From a virus (taxonomy: Duplodnaviria > Caudoviricetes), in IMG/VR virus record IMGVR_UViG_3300037512_001279, positions 32,001 to 96,000 of that record: a stretch of 64,000 nt of DNA; one strand, given 5' to 3'. Below the pieces are notes generated by a model, which did no database searches, was not told the origin of the DNA, and saw only the letters and a list, made by a program, of their open reading frames with translations. Numbering within the stretch: the stretch's first letter is position 1; every line of letters begins with the position of its first letter. The position numbers and the translations under genes are program-made. Positions 50,516-62,483 of the stretch are shown here, in pieces.

Positions 50516-51355
50516 CTAAAATCCATTAGGGTTGTAGTAATCGTCTGACGGATCATTTTTAGTTATTGGCATTGGCTTGAATTCACAGGCATTATTTCTT
50601 TGCGAACACAGGTAATTGCAATAGAAGAAGTCAGGATTACAAGGAAATTCTTTCTCTGCCTCAATCAATTTGATTGTATCTTCTGCCCATTTGATTGATT
50701 CTTCATACTCATCTTTCTTGAACGGTATCTTAATCCAGGTTCTTTCCTTAAACATGTTCCACCACAGTTCGTCAGCCCTACCATATTCAGCAATAACCGC
50801 AATGGAGTACAAATAAAGCTGATGCTTGAATTCAGTAAAGTGTGTCTGATCAGCTTTGCTTACCGTCCCGTTCTTCAATACCTTCATTGATGCACTCTTA
50901 TGGTCAAGAATAATAATCTTTCCCGTTTCTTTTTCTTTTAGCAGCAAGTCAATAAACCCAACAAATGGCTTTCCGGCAATCTCAAAATGCACTTCTTTCT
51001 CAACGCCAAGGATTTCAAATTCATCTAAATCCAAATCAATGTTGTCAAAATAATCCAAACCCTTGTTGTAATATGATTCCATAAGGTCGACATATTTGTT
51101 TGGCGGTGCGTCATGTACTACGTCTTCAGAAAACTGCTTTTGATATTCATCTGAAACTTCAAAGATTGATATCTCGCCTTTAGCATACTTTTCTAGCACT
51201 TTATGGCATGCACCGCCAAATTCGCCAAAGAACCCATTCTCTCCACGTTCGTCATCAATGTACTGCCTGTACCATTCGTGTGGGCAATTGTAAAAACTGT
51301 TTAGACGCGAAAAACTCCAAGTCATTGTATCTAAAATAAATTGTTCAGATTCCAA
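50516..51355 (-). CDS. PD-(D/E)XK nuclease (Cas4/RecB-like recombination exonuclease)
   Basis: SFSRL...CP, G..CH, GFIDL, ILDHKS, QL.LY and C-terminal C..LC....C. Confidence 0.85.
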   Translation of the reverse strand: MESEQFILDTMTWSFSRLNSFYNCPHEWYRQYIDDERGENGFFGEFGGACHKVLEKYAKGEISIFEVSDEYQKQFSEDVVHDAPPNKYVDLMESYYNKGLDYFDNIDLDLDEFEILGVEKEVHFEIAGKPFVGFIDLLLKEKETGKIIILDHKSASMKVLKNGTVSKADQTHFTEFKHQLYLYSIAVIAEYGRADELWWNMFKERTWIKIPFKKDEYEESIKWAEDTIKLIEAEKEFPCNPDFFYCNYLCSQRNNACEFKPMPITKNDPSDDYYNPNGF

Positions 51356-51420
51356 ACCTATACCTCCTAAATAAAAAAAATTAGTGGGCAGATTTTTCTA
51401 CCCACTAATTCATTCTCTAT

Positions 51421-53328
51421 TTATTGGTCAGGAAATTGATCTTTGTTGTCTAACGGATACGGAATTTTGTCTGCATACTTCTTTCTATCCCATCCGTAAA
51501 TCCTGTCGAACTCGTCATAATTCGAATAAAAACGCCTGTCAACGGTGTCATAATGCACCGGAATTTCTTTCTGTGAACCAAAAATTCTGTCCTTTATTAC
51601 AGAAATAACAACATCATAGCCGAAGTATTTTTCTTTTGGATTCCGTTTTATTTCCTCACGCACTCTCTTAAGACCAATTGTCCTAGTAGCAAGGTTAACA
51701 ATATTCTGTGATCCTGCAATGTCAAACAAACCAATGTCATAACCACTCTGCATCTTTCTAGGATGAGCAACCATGACTACGGCAACGTCATATTTCATGG
51801 AAAACTTAATTAGTTTATTTACAAAATCAGTTTGAGCCTTATTGCCGTCCTGCATGTCATGCAACTGTACGGTCATCAAATTATCTATAATAAACAGCCT
51901 TAGCCCTTTTTTAGTGGCACACAGTTCCATACTTTCGAATAGTTTATCTTCTGAGTTTTCTTCTTCGTCTCTATAAATAAAGAAACTGTCATCATAATAT
52001 TTCGTAATCTGTTCTTTTGCACTATTGTCAACAACGTAGAAATCATTGCCGTTAGCGAGCTTTATGGATTTCATGTTACGACGGCCTGCAGCCACTTGAG
52101 CAAACCAACCTTTTGACATGCCATTTAGAAGCTCTCTTGAGAACAGGAACGTCTTATATCCACTGTCCATGGCACTAAGGACTATCTGATTCAAAAACGT
52201 TGTTTTTCCTGCACTTGGAAGTCCAGTAAGGATCGTAACGCCACCAGTAAATATTTTCATTAACTCTTTATCTAATTCCTGAATTCCAATTTCAAATCCG
52301 TCCATCTCCGTAGGATTTAATTCCTTAATCTCTGACAACTTTGCAACGGAAGTGATTGGAATGTCTTTTGCTTCTAGGATAAGGTCAAGAAGAAATTGCT
52401 TTCCTTTTGCTTGCAGTATTTCGTTGGCATCCTTTACCGGAACCATTTGTCCGGTGTTCTTAAACTCTAATTCTTTTGGTATCTCAACATACTTACACCT
52501 GATTGCACCGAGGCGATTGATCACTTCATTTCTCATCTTAATGCCAGGTTTGTCGCCGTCACTAAATACGATGATTTGGTCAAACTCCTGCAGCCAATCC
52601 CACAGATTCTCAATCCATCCCATGGATTGACAACCTTTAAGAATTGAAACGCAATTAAGATATCCTGCTTCTATCACTGACGCACAATCAATCTGCCCTT
52701 CAGTAATTACCAAAGGCTTTGTGGTATTTACTCTGTTCATGTTGAACAGGATGTCTGCAACGTCTGCATCCTTCTGAAACCAACACTTATTTTCGTCAGG
52801 TGCGGTCTTATATGACTTGCGGTAGTTTACAACTGTCAAAGTGTCATACTGATCATAAGTGTGGAATGCAACGTTGCCGTGTTCATCTGAACGAATGTCA
52901 AGGTAATCAATTGTATTTTTACTAAGTCCTCTAGCTCCGAGATATTCATACACCTTTGTCATGTCATTCCAATTGGCTTCTTCGTGTGGATATTTGTATT
53001 TGTGAAGAACCTTTACGTGCTGTTCAGGACAGCTAAATTCTTCACCTGCTTTCTCACACATGTATTTAACTGAATCAATAAACGTGCTTCCCTTCTCCAT
53101 AAGCACGTCTATAAGATCAACGGTCTTTCCACATGAAAAACAATGGAAATATCCCTCTTTTTTATTATAAATAAAGCTCGGCGTCTTCTCGTTGTGATAC
53201 GGACAGCATGCTTTAAGATTTTTCTCATCAAACTTTTCAAGGTCAAGAAGTTCTGCCATTAAAAAAGCATTTTTATCTCCAAGTTTTTCCTTGGCTTTTG
53301 TTATAAGTTCTTTTTCTATGACCGCCAA
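51421..53328 (-). CDS. Bifunctional primase-helicase (CHC2 Zn finger, TOPRIM and DnaB-like helicase)
   Basis: CCPYH...CFSC; ITEGQID, DGD; GLPSAGKT, IIDNL, VAHPRK, IAGS. Confidence 0.9.
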   Translation of the reverse strand: MAVIEKELITKAKEKLGDKNAFLMAELLDLEKFDEKNLKACCPYHNEKTPSFIYNKKEGYFHCFSCGKTVDLIDVLMEKGSTFIDSVKYMCEKAGEEFSCPEQHVKVLHKYKYPHEEANWNDMTKVYEYLGARGLSKNTIDYLDIRSDEHGNVAFHTYDQYDTLTVVNYRKSYKTAPDENKCWFQKDADVADILFNMNRVNTTKPLVITEGQIDCASVIEAGYLNCVSILKGCQSMGWIENLWDWLQEFDQIIVFSDGDKPGIKMRNEVINRLGAIRCKYVEIPKELEFKNTGQMVPVKDANEILQAKGKQFLLDLILEAKDIPITSVAKLSEIKELNPTEMDGFEIGIQELDKELMKIFTGGVTILTGLPSAGKTTFLNQIVLSAMDSGYKTFLFSRELLNGMSKGWFAQVAAGRRNMKSIKLANGNDFYVVDNSAKEQITKYYDDSFFIYRDEEENSEDKLFESMELCATKKGLRLFIIDNLMTVQLHDMQDGNKAQTDFVNKLIKFSMKYDVAVVMVAHPRKMQSGYDIGLFDIAGSQNIVNLATRTIGLKRVREEIKRNPKEKYFGYDVVISVIKDRIFGSQKEIPVHYDTVDRRFYSNYDEFDRIYGWDRKKYADKIPYPLDNKDQFPDQ

Positions 53329-53404
53329 AACTGAACCTCCCTTCTAAAGTTAACCACGGCTAAAGATTGACTAAAGCCGTGGTTTTGTGAAATCAACTAG
53401 TTTT

Positions 53405-53809
53405 TTAGTTGAAAGGAAGCTCCTCCGTGATATTGTCAGGAACATTCATAAAAGCATTGTCTGCCCCTGCAGGAGCACTGTTGCCGTCTCCCTTCTTCTC
53501 TACGAATTCAACACTCTCGCAAGCAACCTCTGTTGTGTAAACCTTTGCCCCGTCCTTGTTGGTATAGCTGCCAGTTTGAATTCTTCCGGTAACTCCAATT
53601 GCCATTCCCTTTTTGAAAAACTTCTCAAGGAATTCTGCAGTCTTTCCGAATGCCACGCAATTGATAAAGTCTGCATTCTGCTCACCCTCTTTAGCAAATC
53701 TTCTATTGATTGCTATTGAAAAACGAGCGATTGCAACGGGCTTCTCGCCTTGTGTGTAACGAATTTCAGGATCTCTTGTTAATCTTCCAACACCATTAAA
53801 ACTATTCAT
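53405..53809 (-). CDS. ssb: Single-stranded DNA-binding protein
   Basis: GRLTRDPE, ADFI.CVAFGKTAE, acidic ...EELPFN tail. Confidence 0.95.
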   Translation of the reverse strand: MNSFNGVGRLTRDPEIRYTQGEKPVAIARFSIAINRRFAKEGEQNADFINCVAFGKTAEFLEKFFKKGMAIGVTGRIQTGSYTNKDGAKVYTTEVACESVEFVEKKGDGNSAPAGADNAFMNVPDNITEELPFN

Positions 53810-53828
53810 AATCTATTCTCCTCACGTT

Positions 53829-54773
53829 TTACAATGGCTTAACAGCCTTAATCTTTTCAAGACACTCTTTAGCTTTGTCTAAATCCTTAATGGCTTTAGG
53901 ATTACCATTTGAAGCATATTCCTTAAGAGTGTCCATCAATTCTGCATTCTTTGTGCCGCCTGCCTTCTTACAGTAATCAATGATTTCGTTGTGTACTGCA
54001 GTAAGATCATCAACAGTCTGTTCTACAAGTTCTTCTTCCTTTCTAACTACTGGAGTATATCCTTCCCCAGAGTTAGCCCACTGAATAATTTTCTGACCAT
54101 GCTTCTCGGTAAGTAATGTCGGCCCTTCATTCTCAAAGATGTGAGTATTGTCCTTCTGAGACTCTGCACAGCTAGACTTCTGATCAATAAGGAAAGTGCA
54201 GGTAAATTCATACTCAAAACCATCTCTCTGCTTAGCGCCAACACCCAACTTTTGAACGGAAGCCTTACCTTTCTCATCCTTAATCATCTCATATTGATCC
54301 TTACCACGCATGGTTGCAATGATATGGATGGGTGAATCTGCAATGGCGTTAATAAACTTCTGATGACGAGGTGAAATTGTCTTCCAGTTCTGATACTGTC
54401 CACCTGCCTGCTGATGGAGTTCAAGACATCCGCCCTTGCCCTCCCATTCACTAGAAGACGAGTCGATTATAAGTATGTCGTACTTTTCTTCTACTGCAAA
54501 ATTTATGAGGTCAACATATTTCTCAGGATTGTGAGGGGCATCAATATCAACAATGTCATACTCGAACTCATTGGCGTAATAATATCCACGCTTAGACTCC
54601 GTGTTCGCCATCAAAATCCTCGCATCTCTACCAGTTTCTTTCTTAATTTCTTCTGCCATACCAGTAGCAAGACGCAAACTACTGTATGTTTTTCCGCCAC
54701 CTGACGGAGCCATGAGAGCGATCTTTACGTAGATTTTCTCTCTCTTTGCTTTCTTTACTTGAAAAGCAGCCAT
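53829..54773 (-). CDS. AAA-family ATPase, Sak4-like single-strand annealing protein
   Basis: APSGGGKTYS Walker A, LIIDS Walker B, QRDGFEYEF; start ATG 54773 with RBS AGGAGG. Confidence 0.8.
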   Translation of the reverse strand: MAAFQVKKAKREKIYVKIALMAPSGGGKTYSSLRLATGMAEEIKKETGRDARILMANTESKRGYYYANEFEYDIVDIDAPHNPEKYVDLINFAVEEKYDILIIDSSSSEWEGKGGCLELHQQAGGQYQNWKTISPRHQKFINAIADSPIHIIATMRGKDQYEMIKDEKGKASVQKLGVGAKQRDGFEYEFTCTFLIDQKSSCAESQKDNTHIFENEGPTLLTEKHGQKIIQWANSGEGYTPVVRKEEELVEQTVDDLTAVHNEIIDYCKKAGGTKNAELMDTLKEYASNGNPKAIKDLDKAKECLEKIKAVKPL

Positions 54774-54804
54774 CTCTTTTCCTCCTATTTTATTTTTTAT
54801 CATT

Positions 54805-54919
54805 ATCTCATGCCCTTGGCGGTACACCTCATGCTGAAAGGAGTTTAAGCACATGAAGTGTACCTTATATATCTATGGAGGGTACGATGGAGGTAGATGC
54901 ACCACCAAAGACACGAGAT
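54805..54919 (-). ncRNA. Structured 5' leader of the ATPase-ssb operon with two mutually exclusive folds
   Basis: 25-bp outer stem (54919-54895 / 54829-54805) whose six non-Watson-Crick positions are all G-U; competing 13-bp inner stem (54864-54852 / 54833-54821). Confidence 0.65.
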
Positions 54920-54975
54920 GTTACACTATTACATTCTCTTTTTATTTCATCATTTTTAATGAAACTTAATGAAAC

Positions 54976-55764
54976 TTAGATCCTATCCCATTGCGAATCA
55001 GTATATGATTTAATCTCTGCCTTGCTGTAAGGCAAATTAAATTTCTTGCACCACTTCCTGATCGCATTGTCGGATAAATGGAATTGCTTTCCAATTTCAG
55101 TAAATGATTTTGTTCTGATTAATCCCTTAAGTTCGTCCCTTGTTACCGGAAGTCCTTCTTCGTGCCGTTTTCTTTTAGCCTTTCCAGCGCACTTTTGACA
55201 AAGGTCTGCCTGTTTACTCATTAATCTGCCACATTGTGGGCATCTAATCTTTTGCCTGTTGTTCTTGTCATGAGTATCAACAATAGGGACTCTCTCGCCT
55301 TTAACAGGATTACCAAACTTGTCATACTTTCTAATGCCGTGATATCCTGTAGTAGGAAGTTGGCTGTTGCAATTTGGGCAAACCCACCGCAAGTTCTCAA
55401 CTACGTTATTCTGATGGTCGCCGTCGACATGATCCAACATTAATGTGAGCTGCTTGCCATGCCACTCAGGTGGAAGACCGCAAATAGAACACTTATATTC
55501 GTCGCAAACATCATGAAACCTTGTCCGTAAAGTTGATTGTGAAACCAATGACCCGTATCTAAATATTTCTTTATTTGTTTTTCTTTTAGAACCTCGCCTC
55601 TGCTGGAAATGACTTGTGTCAATCCCATACCGTTCTATCAGTTTATTAAGTTTTCTAGGATTGTCGCCAGACGTGCCGTACCCCATCATACGCAAACAAT
55701 CACTCGTCGTATAGCATTTGGCAACTATCTTCTCTAGCTGCTCCTTCGTCCAGTCTCTGATCAT
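54976..55764 (-). CDS. Free-standing HNH endonuclease with C-terminal Zn ribbon and HTH
   Basis: CSICG...LDHVDGDHQNN..ENLRWVCPNC; start ATG 55764 after GGTGGTG. Confidence 0.8.
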   Translation of the reverse strand: MIRDWTKEQLEKIVAKCYTTSDCLRMMGYGTSGDNPRKLNKLIERYGIDTSHFQQRRGSKRKTNKEIFRYGSLVSQSTLRTRFHDVCDEYKCSICGLPPEWHGKQLTLMLDHVDGDHQNNVVENLRWVCPNCNSQLPTTGYHGIRKYDKFGNPVKGERVPIVDTHDKNNRQKIRCPQCGRLMSKQADLCQKCAGKAKRKRHEEGLPVTRDELKGLIRTKSFTEIGKQFHLSDNAIRKWCKKFNLPYSKAEIKSYTDSQWDRI

Positions 55765-56023
55765 GCACACACCACCGCGATTTTTTTGGTCACTCGAAAT
55801 TTTACAGTTACAATTTTTCATCAACATTTTGTCGTTGGAATTTAATACTAGATTTTCAGATGTAAAAGAATTATAAAATAACGCTTGTTATTACAGTTTT
55901 CGAACCAATTACTTTTTTCGATTTTCGAACAAGTTCGGAGTTTTACATCCAATGTAAATACGCAAATATTATCTTTGCGTATTTATCATGGAACTATATG
56001 AAAGGAGATTCTAATGAAAATTG

Positions 56024-59000
56024 TTACCACATAATCAAAAGTCCGTTCTGTATTTCATAAACAAGATATCCGTTGGAAACTAACCACTCCTGCATGATCG
56101 TGATAATTTCAATGTCATCATATGTCCATGAGAATTCATGTTTGCCAGCGAATTTTAACTCATCAATCCTTGTTGCAAGAAATGATTTTATGGTTTCGAT
56201 TTCGTTTTCTCTTATAGTCATACATTCTCCATTTTTTAGTCGCAACTGCTGCCAATTGTATGAATTGCATAATATTTATCATTATCAATGTCGTGCGTTA
56301 CTGCACAGCCGTAATAGCCATAGCCACACTCCCACTCAATCGGAATGTCGAAAAAGTTTTTTATCATAGGATACGGAACATCCTTAGCTTTGTCATAGAG
56401 TTCTTTTGTAATTTCTTCTCTTACATATTGCATAGAAAAACCTCCTTCTTATGCATCATGTTGCAGTTGCTTCTTAACAGCATTGATAATTATTTCGCCA
56501 TTCGCCTGGATCGTAATGCTAAAACCAGCTTCCTCAATGGCCCGTAAAATATTATTCTTAATTGGATAAGGAATATCAACGCGACCAGTTTCGCCCCAGC
56601 GAATGTCTTCGTTAAAACTAATAACGCCAACCTCATACATTCTAGGATGAACCTTTTTAATTTCCTGATCGCTTACAGTTTTGATTTCGTCTGCCATGGT
56701 TATTAATTCTCCTTTTCTTCGTCAATTTTTATTTCGTAGTTTGAAAGGCTTTGATCTATAAGTATTTTTATTCCCTCGAACTTTGCAACAACATTATCAC
56801 CAAGTTCGTGTTTTTCTTTATAATATATGATTTCATCAGTCATCACAGTCTCAAAAAAGTAAAATGTATGAGTATTCATATATATGACATACTCACCATC
56901 GCATGGCTGGCATATATAACATCTCGCCATTCCTTCTCTAATTTTACCAAGAAACACGTCACGCAAATTTATCTTCACGATTATACCTCCTACATTGTAA
57001 TTCTCCATTTATAAATCAATTTCCGGCATTTTTGCAAGCCGATCCTGATATTCTTTATCAAGTACAACTTCACATTCTGGACTGCAAACAAAATCCTCAT
57101 AATTCATTTCTACAATTCGTGTTGGCTTGCCACACACGCAGCACTTCCCTTTTTGCTTTGCAATAATGTAATTCCCAACGCATTGTAATTTGCTCATATT
57201 TTGTCCTTTCAAATGAAAAATAACTTTTATCTGAAAAAATCATCCAACTTATCATTTACTACAACATCGTCAGGATCTAATACAATCTTCTTTTCTCCGG
57301 TTTCCTTATTTACGTAATAAGTAAACCATCCGTCACACATCTTAACATACTCATTTGATACAGTATTGTGGCCACCAACTGATACAATATTTTTCGCGGT
57401 GAAAATTCCATTTGTCATCATTATGTCTTTGTAATATACCGACACTTCCTGTCCTATTTGCAACCCTGGGACGTCATCAAGTTTAATTACACCTTCTCCA
57501 TTATATCTCTCATAATTATTTATTTTTTCTATAACTTCTGATGCAGAATAAAAGTCAATACAATTTGCAATACTAATATTTTCTCCAAAAATATTCTCGA
57601 ATTTATCACGAGGCATTTTAATCATTTCTCTTAGACAATCCCACGCCTCATTACGACCTCTCTCAAGAACTAATTCATCCACGATCAATCTCCCCCCCCT
57701 CGCTGTCCTCATCAACAAATAAGCACATTTGCCCGTCACAATCCTTTTGTCTCGGCTGTCTCAGCTTGTATCCGTTTGTCTCACCGAATGCATCTTGATT
57801 CTCTGGCTCAACATTCGCGAATACAAAATCCTTACAATTATTCGGACGCTTGCAATAACTTTCTGAAAGACATTCATTGCGTTCCATGCAATACGGAACA
57901 TTGTTTACGCATAAATTGATACAATATCGGCAATACTGCTTCATGGTAAATCACCGTCCTCGTCTATCAATTCTTCAAATTCTTCGCAATCCTCAGATTC
58001 TTCCAAACCCTTCTTGCACCCCGACACAAAATACTGTCTCATTGTCGTGCCGTAATACTCTTCGTAATCAATCACGGCAAATCTACAATTCCCACAATTT
58101 GTCATTCAATCACCATCCTTTTCGGTCGGTCATTCTGCATCCTCCTTGTCTGCCGGAAATACAGTTATTGTCTCTATCCTAAACGAAGACTTAACAGCTT
58201 TTTCTTTAGCATATCTTTCTAATGCCTTAAAAATATCTTCATGAGTAAATCCAACGAATAAATCCGGGGAAAGATTAAAACCAACAATGTCATTTTCAAT
58301 ATTTCGAACAATCCCATAATTATGATGATTATCAATCGATCCCATCTGCTTCACTTCCTTCCATCTTCACGCCACAATGACAATACGGCAAATTTTCAAT
58401 TTTCCCCCTTGCTCTTCTGCCACATACAGAACACTTCCAACTATCTCTTCCGCTTGATACGGTCATTGGAATCCACTTCCCAAACTTCTGTGTTAACAAA
58501 AGGATTTGATAATCTTTCAGCCATTCCACAAGCTGTCTGAAATCCAAACAACCTTGCAAATTACCGTGAGTGCGTTCATATTCTGCATTATGTTCCAAAA
58601 TAGTAATCTGTTCGTCAAGTGTCATTTTCTTTCCTCCATAAGCCATTCCATAATATCTTCTGAAATATCTTCCATAAACTCCTTAAGTTCTTTGTCCGTG
58701 AAAGATATAATCTTTGATTGTTCTAGGTAGCCGGCGATGCAAAATGCAACCATGACAGACATTGCCATTGGACTCTCTTTTGCTTCTTCAAATCTGCTCA
58801 TTCCTTATCCCTCACTTTCCTATGACTCAACCAATAAATAATCCATTATGTCAAACTTTTTGATTGCATAAAATTGTGTAGGACTTACAATATAAGGTGA
58901 ACATATAATATTTGCTCCCTCTGGCAATGCTTCTATTAGTTTGTACTTACACTCTTCTGATCCAACAATAAAATCATATTTAGTAATGATTTCTGCAAGT

Positions 59001-60647
59001 GTCTTCTCTTTGCGTTCTCTCTGCCAACGGGCAAACTTCTCTATTTCTTCAACCATACTGTCAATACTATAATTGAAAGTTCTTGTCATTACTCGCCCTC
59101 CTGCAACTTCTTCAAGACTTCCGCGATTTCCGGAAATGTGCGGCCTGTTTTTACAAGATTCTCACTATCTGCTCGTATCATCCAGCCACCATTTGCACTC
59201 ATGACAGATATAGCTTTTCCGTTATTTGCCACAAGAACAACAACCCCTTTGTCATCATGATAAATCACTTCATCCCCAACCTTTATGCATTCCTCTTCCT
59301 GCTGCTTCTTCTGCTCTTCATATGCTTTGATTTTCTCAATAGCTTCTGATGCAGAAAATTCTTCGAGAACATCAGTTAAATATCTAACATCAAAAATTTT
59401 CCTTATTTCATCAGTGTGTAATGCTCCATTCTTGATGGTTGAGTAAATTTTCTTTGCAGTTTCCCATGCCATATTCAAGCCCAACTCATAAGATGATTTT
59501 CTGTCATCTTCCGTCTTAGCGTGATAATCATTTTCTGCTTTGGAGTATCCTGCCGTGTATCCTCTCTTATATGCTTGCTCAATCAACTCTTGTGCTTGCT
59601 TTTTCATACCTTCTGTTCTCTGTTCCATTGTCCATAAACTCATTCACTCGTCCTCCTCTGTCTGATATTTTTCAATATTTTCTTCTTACATTTTTTAATT
59701 TGAAAAAGTCATCCCCAATAAAAATGTAATCATCGTTTATACATACACCATCTAAATAAACATCACACGCATATTTTGTTCTAGGATCGCGGCAATCATT
59801 TATATTTATAATGACTACTTCATATTGTTTTCCATATTCCGAATCTAAAATAAAAACATTTCCAACTTTAATTTCATTTTCATTATCCGTTGGATTGTCA
59901 ACGTCTGGTTCATTCCTTAACAATGTAATAGCCATATCTAATACTTCCATATATTTTGAATTATATTGATACATGGAATCATCTATCTCTTTGACTTCCT
60001 CAAGGATTTCGATCGCTTCTTCCCTCGTCATTCGTTCTCCTTTCCGTCCACAACTCTTTCTGTCGTTATGTTTTCCATTCTGTCAGCACATTTCCATACC
60101 AAATGCCGAAACTCAATCGTGACATACCACTGCTTTGTGTAGAAATCTATGGTGTCCGGAGAAACCATATAATTGAGTCTATCTATCATAGGAAACTGCT
60201 TATAGTTTTCTAACACTCTGCCTGTATCACCATCAACAATTCTTGCCTCAACTATCGGAGTCATGATTCTCGCCTCCCTTTTATTTCGTCCCATCTCCAT
60301 GCGTCGGAAACGCAGCCGTCCTCGCCTTCGCCAATGAAATTGTTATAATCAATTTCACTGTAACCAAGGTATTCTACGACTACGCTAAATGTCCCGACGT
60401 CAACTATTAGCATATCTCCCTTGTCATACCCGTGATCCATAACGCCCATAAAAACCACCTACATTCCGAACTTGTCTTCATAAATCGTAACGAATGCGTT
60501 AATCTTTTCTCCCTCAATTTTTTTGAAAACAATCTTGCCGCACTTCTGGCACTGCACTCTTGCTTCAATATATTCAGTTGGCTTTCTAAGATTTACGTAT
60601 TTCCATCCAAGAACTTTATAATCTTTGTGACCGCAAAATAAAAACAT
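56024..60647 (-). other. Cluster of about 15 small, tightly packed hypothetical early-region genes
   Basis: Overlapping minus-strand ORFs with RBSs (e.g. 56236-56433, 56449-56697, 56703-57008, 57227-57739, 58332-58646, 58820-59089, 59089-59643, 59672-60031); several are Cys-rich. Confidence 0.6.
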
Positions 60648-60689
60648 AATATTTATCCTCCCTTTTTACATAATAGCCGAGACAGCGCC

Positions 60690-61826
60690 TTATGCGGCAC
60701 TGTTCTCGACAACATCAAGATATCTGTTCATAAGAGTAACAATGTGATTTATCTTCTTAGTTACAAGACTCTTGTCTTTAGTAGACTTGTTGCCTTCAAG
60801 CTCCTTATAACTACATTCTTCTATTTTAATTTCATTCATGTGTTGAGTAACAAACGCCCTTATAAAATCTCCGAACCTGTCGTCATCAATATTAAGAGAC
60901 TTAAACTTGTGAAATACAGTCATCCAAATGAATGACTCTTTATTCGTAAACAGTACTTCGCTGTCTCCGTCAACAATGTCTTCAAGTCTGTCAAGGGTGT
61001 TCTCAACATCCTCAAATTCCGTTAAATCTGCATTTGCCTTAAGGTAGTTGCACATGTATTCAAGATTATTACCAGCCCAACTGTCAAGATGATTCGACGC
61101 CATTACGGTTTCACAAATGCACCTGTCAATGTTTCCACTAGTCTTTCCGTTCTTACCAAAGTCTGCGCAATCAGTAAAGAACGAGTGATCAGACAGTTTT
61201 TTAACTTCGCCTGCATACTCTTCGCCAAGATTAACAACGCCCTTCTGCACCTTATTCATTGGTTTTCCGTCATTATATCTTGCGATGTGGTACACAATGT
61301 CTTCAGACGAACAGTCAAGATACAGAACTGCGTCAAAGCAATATTCCAAAATCTTGTCGCGAAGTTCTTCAGGTAACTGTGAAAATTTCTTATTAGTAAT
61401 GTCAAACTCCTTTACTTCAACAACAGGGACTCCATGACCGTCAAGAACTATCTTGCCTTTTTCATCAGTTACGTTTGCCTGATAATATATTTTGCTTCTT
61501 CTTACCTGACCGGAAATCTTAAATCCGTCATGAACGTAGCTGTAAACGTTCGTGCATCTCTGCTTTCCGTCAATGTTCCAAACAATCGAAACTCCGTTAA
61601 TGATCTGTTCTGCCAATATAATGGACGGAATTGGATTTCCTTGCAGTATGTCAGAAATCATGTTGCTTTTCATTTTCGTGTTCCACTGATCAGAACATCT
61701 CTGAGACGGATGATCAAACCTAATCGTGTGTTTCTCAATCTTTTTGCAGATTGCAGCTACGGAATATCTTTCCAATTTGTTTTCAGATTTTTTCGGCATC
61801 ATCATAATATTTATCCCTCCATACAA
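60690..61826 (-). CDS. ParB-like / DUF262 family protein
   Basis: QR...W....S..I..IL.GNPIPSI.LA...IDGKQR...YN.G motifs. Confidence 0.75.
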   Translation of the reverse strand: MYGGINIMMMPKKSENKLERYSVAAICKKIEKHTIRFDHPSQRCSDQWNTKMKSNMISDILQGNPIPSIILAEQIINGVSIVWNIDGKQRCTNVYSYVHDGFKISGQVRRSKIYYQANVTDEKGKIVLDGHGVPVVEVKEFDITNKKFSQLPEELRDKILEYCFDAVLYLDCSSEDIVYHIARYNDGKPMNKVQKGVVNLGEEYAGEVKKLSDHSFFTDCADFGKNGKTSGNIDRCICETVMASNHLDSWAGNNLEYMCNYLKANADLTEFEDVENTLDRLEDIVDGDSEVLFTNKESFIWMTVFHKFKSLNIDDDRFGDFIRAFVTQHMNEIKIEECSYKELEGNKSTKDKSLVTKKINHIVTLMNRYLDVVENSAA

Positions 61827-61889
61827 ATATCACTAGATTACTAGAATCAATATTAAGTTTTTAGAATACCCGCCCCTCATATAAGAAAA

Positions 61890-62483
61890 TCAAATACGTT
61901 CCAATAAAATCCGGTTTTCAAAACGTCTCATTTCGTCAACACAGATGTTATACCTTTTCTCCGACATGTTTAATTTTGCCTTAATGTCGTTTTTGTCATA
62001 ATCTTGGATTATTAATTCTACAATTTGTTTCTGTTTTGATGACAATCCCTCAATAAAAGTTTCAAGCCCATTATCTTGTAACTCTTCAATGTCATCAGTT
62101 ATGTCGTAACCCGAATCAATAATGTCTGCATAAGTTTTGTCGCTGTCGTAAGAAAGTTCAGAATCAATGCTTACACAGTTTTTTACAGGAATCCTTTTCT
62201 TTCTGTTCTTCTTTGACATCATTGATTTAAATCTGTTTGTAATGCATCGCCTTACATAGTTGTCAAAAGAATCATTTATTTCTTCATTAAACATCATGGC
62301 TGCCTTCCATACCGTCAAGTTGGCCATGGAATAAAAATCGTCGTATTCAAAATCAGCAATCGCACTCCCAAACGTACTGCGAATAATCTGATCGCAAATC
62401 TTTTTTAAATTTGCCATCTCATTTCCACAATACTTCAAACACATTTTTTGAACGTCTTCATCTCGCATACGCAATACCTCCAT
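61890..62483 (-). CDS. Phage sigma-70 family factor, SigH-like
   Basis: DD..S.A...VWKA...F....SF..Y...CI.N...S......RKKR...SID region 2; LS.KQ..IV.L HTH region 4. Confidence 0.8.
   Translation of the reverse strand: MEVLRMRDEDVQKMCLKYCGNEMANLKKICDQIIRSTFGSAIADFEYDDFYSMANLTVWKAAMMFNEEINDSFDNYVRRCITNRFKSMMSKKNRKKRIPVKNCVSIDSELSYDSDKTYADIIDSGYDITDDIEELQDNGLETFIEGLSSKQKQIVELIIQDYDKNDIKAKLNMSEKRYNICVDEMRRFENRILLERI

Noticed and set aside
55926-55937. Possible second LexA box CGAAC-AA-GTTCG
   Set aside because: The spacer is 2 nt rather than 4.
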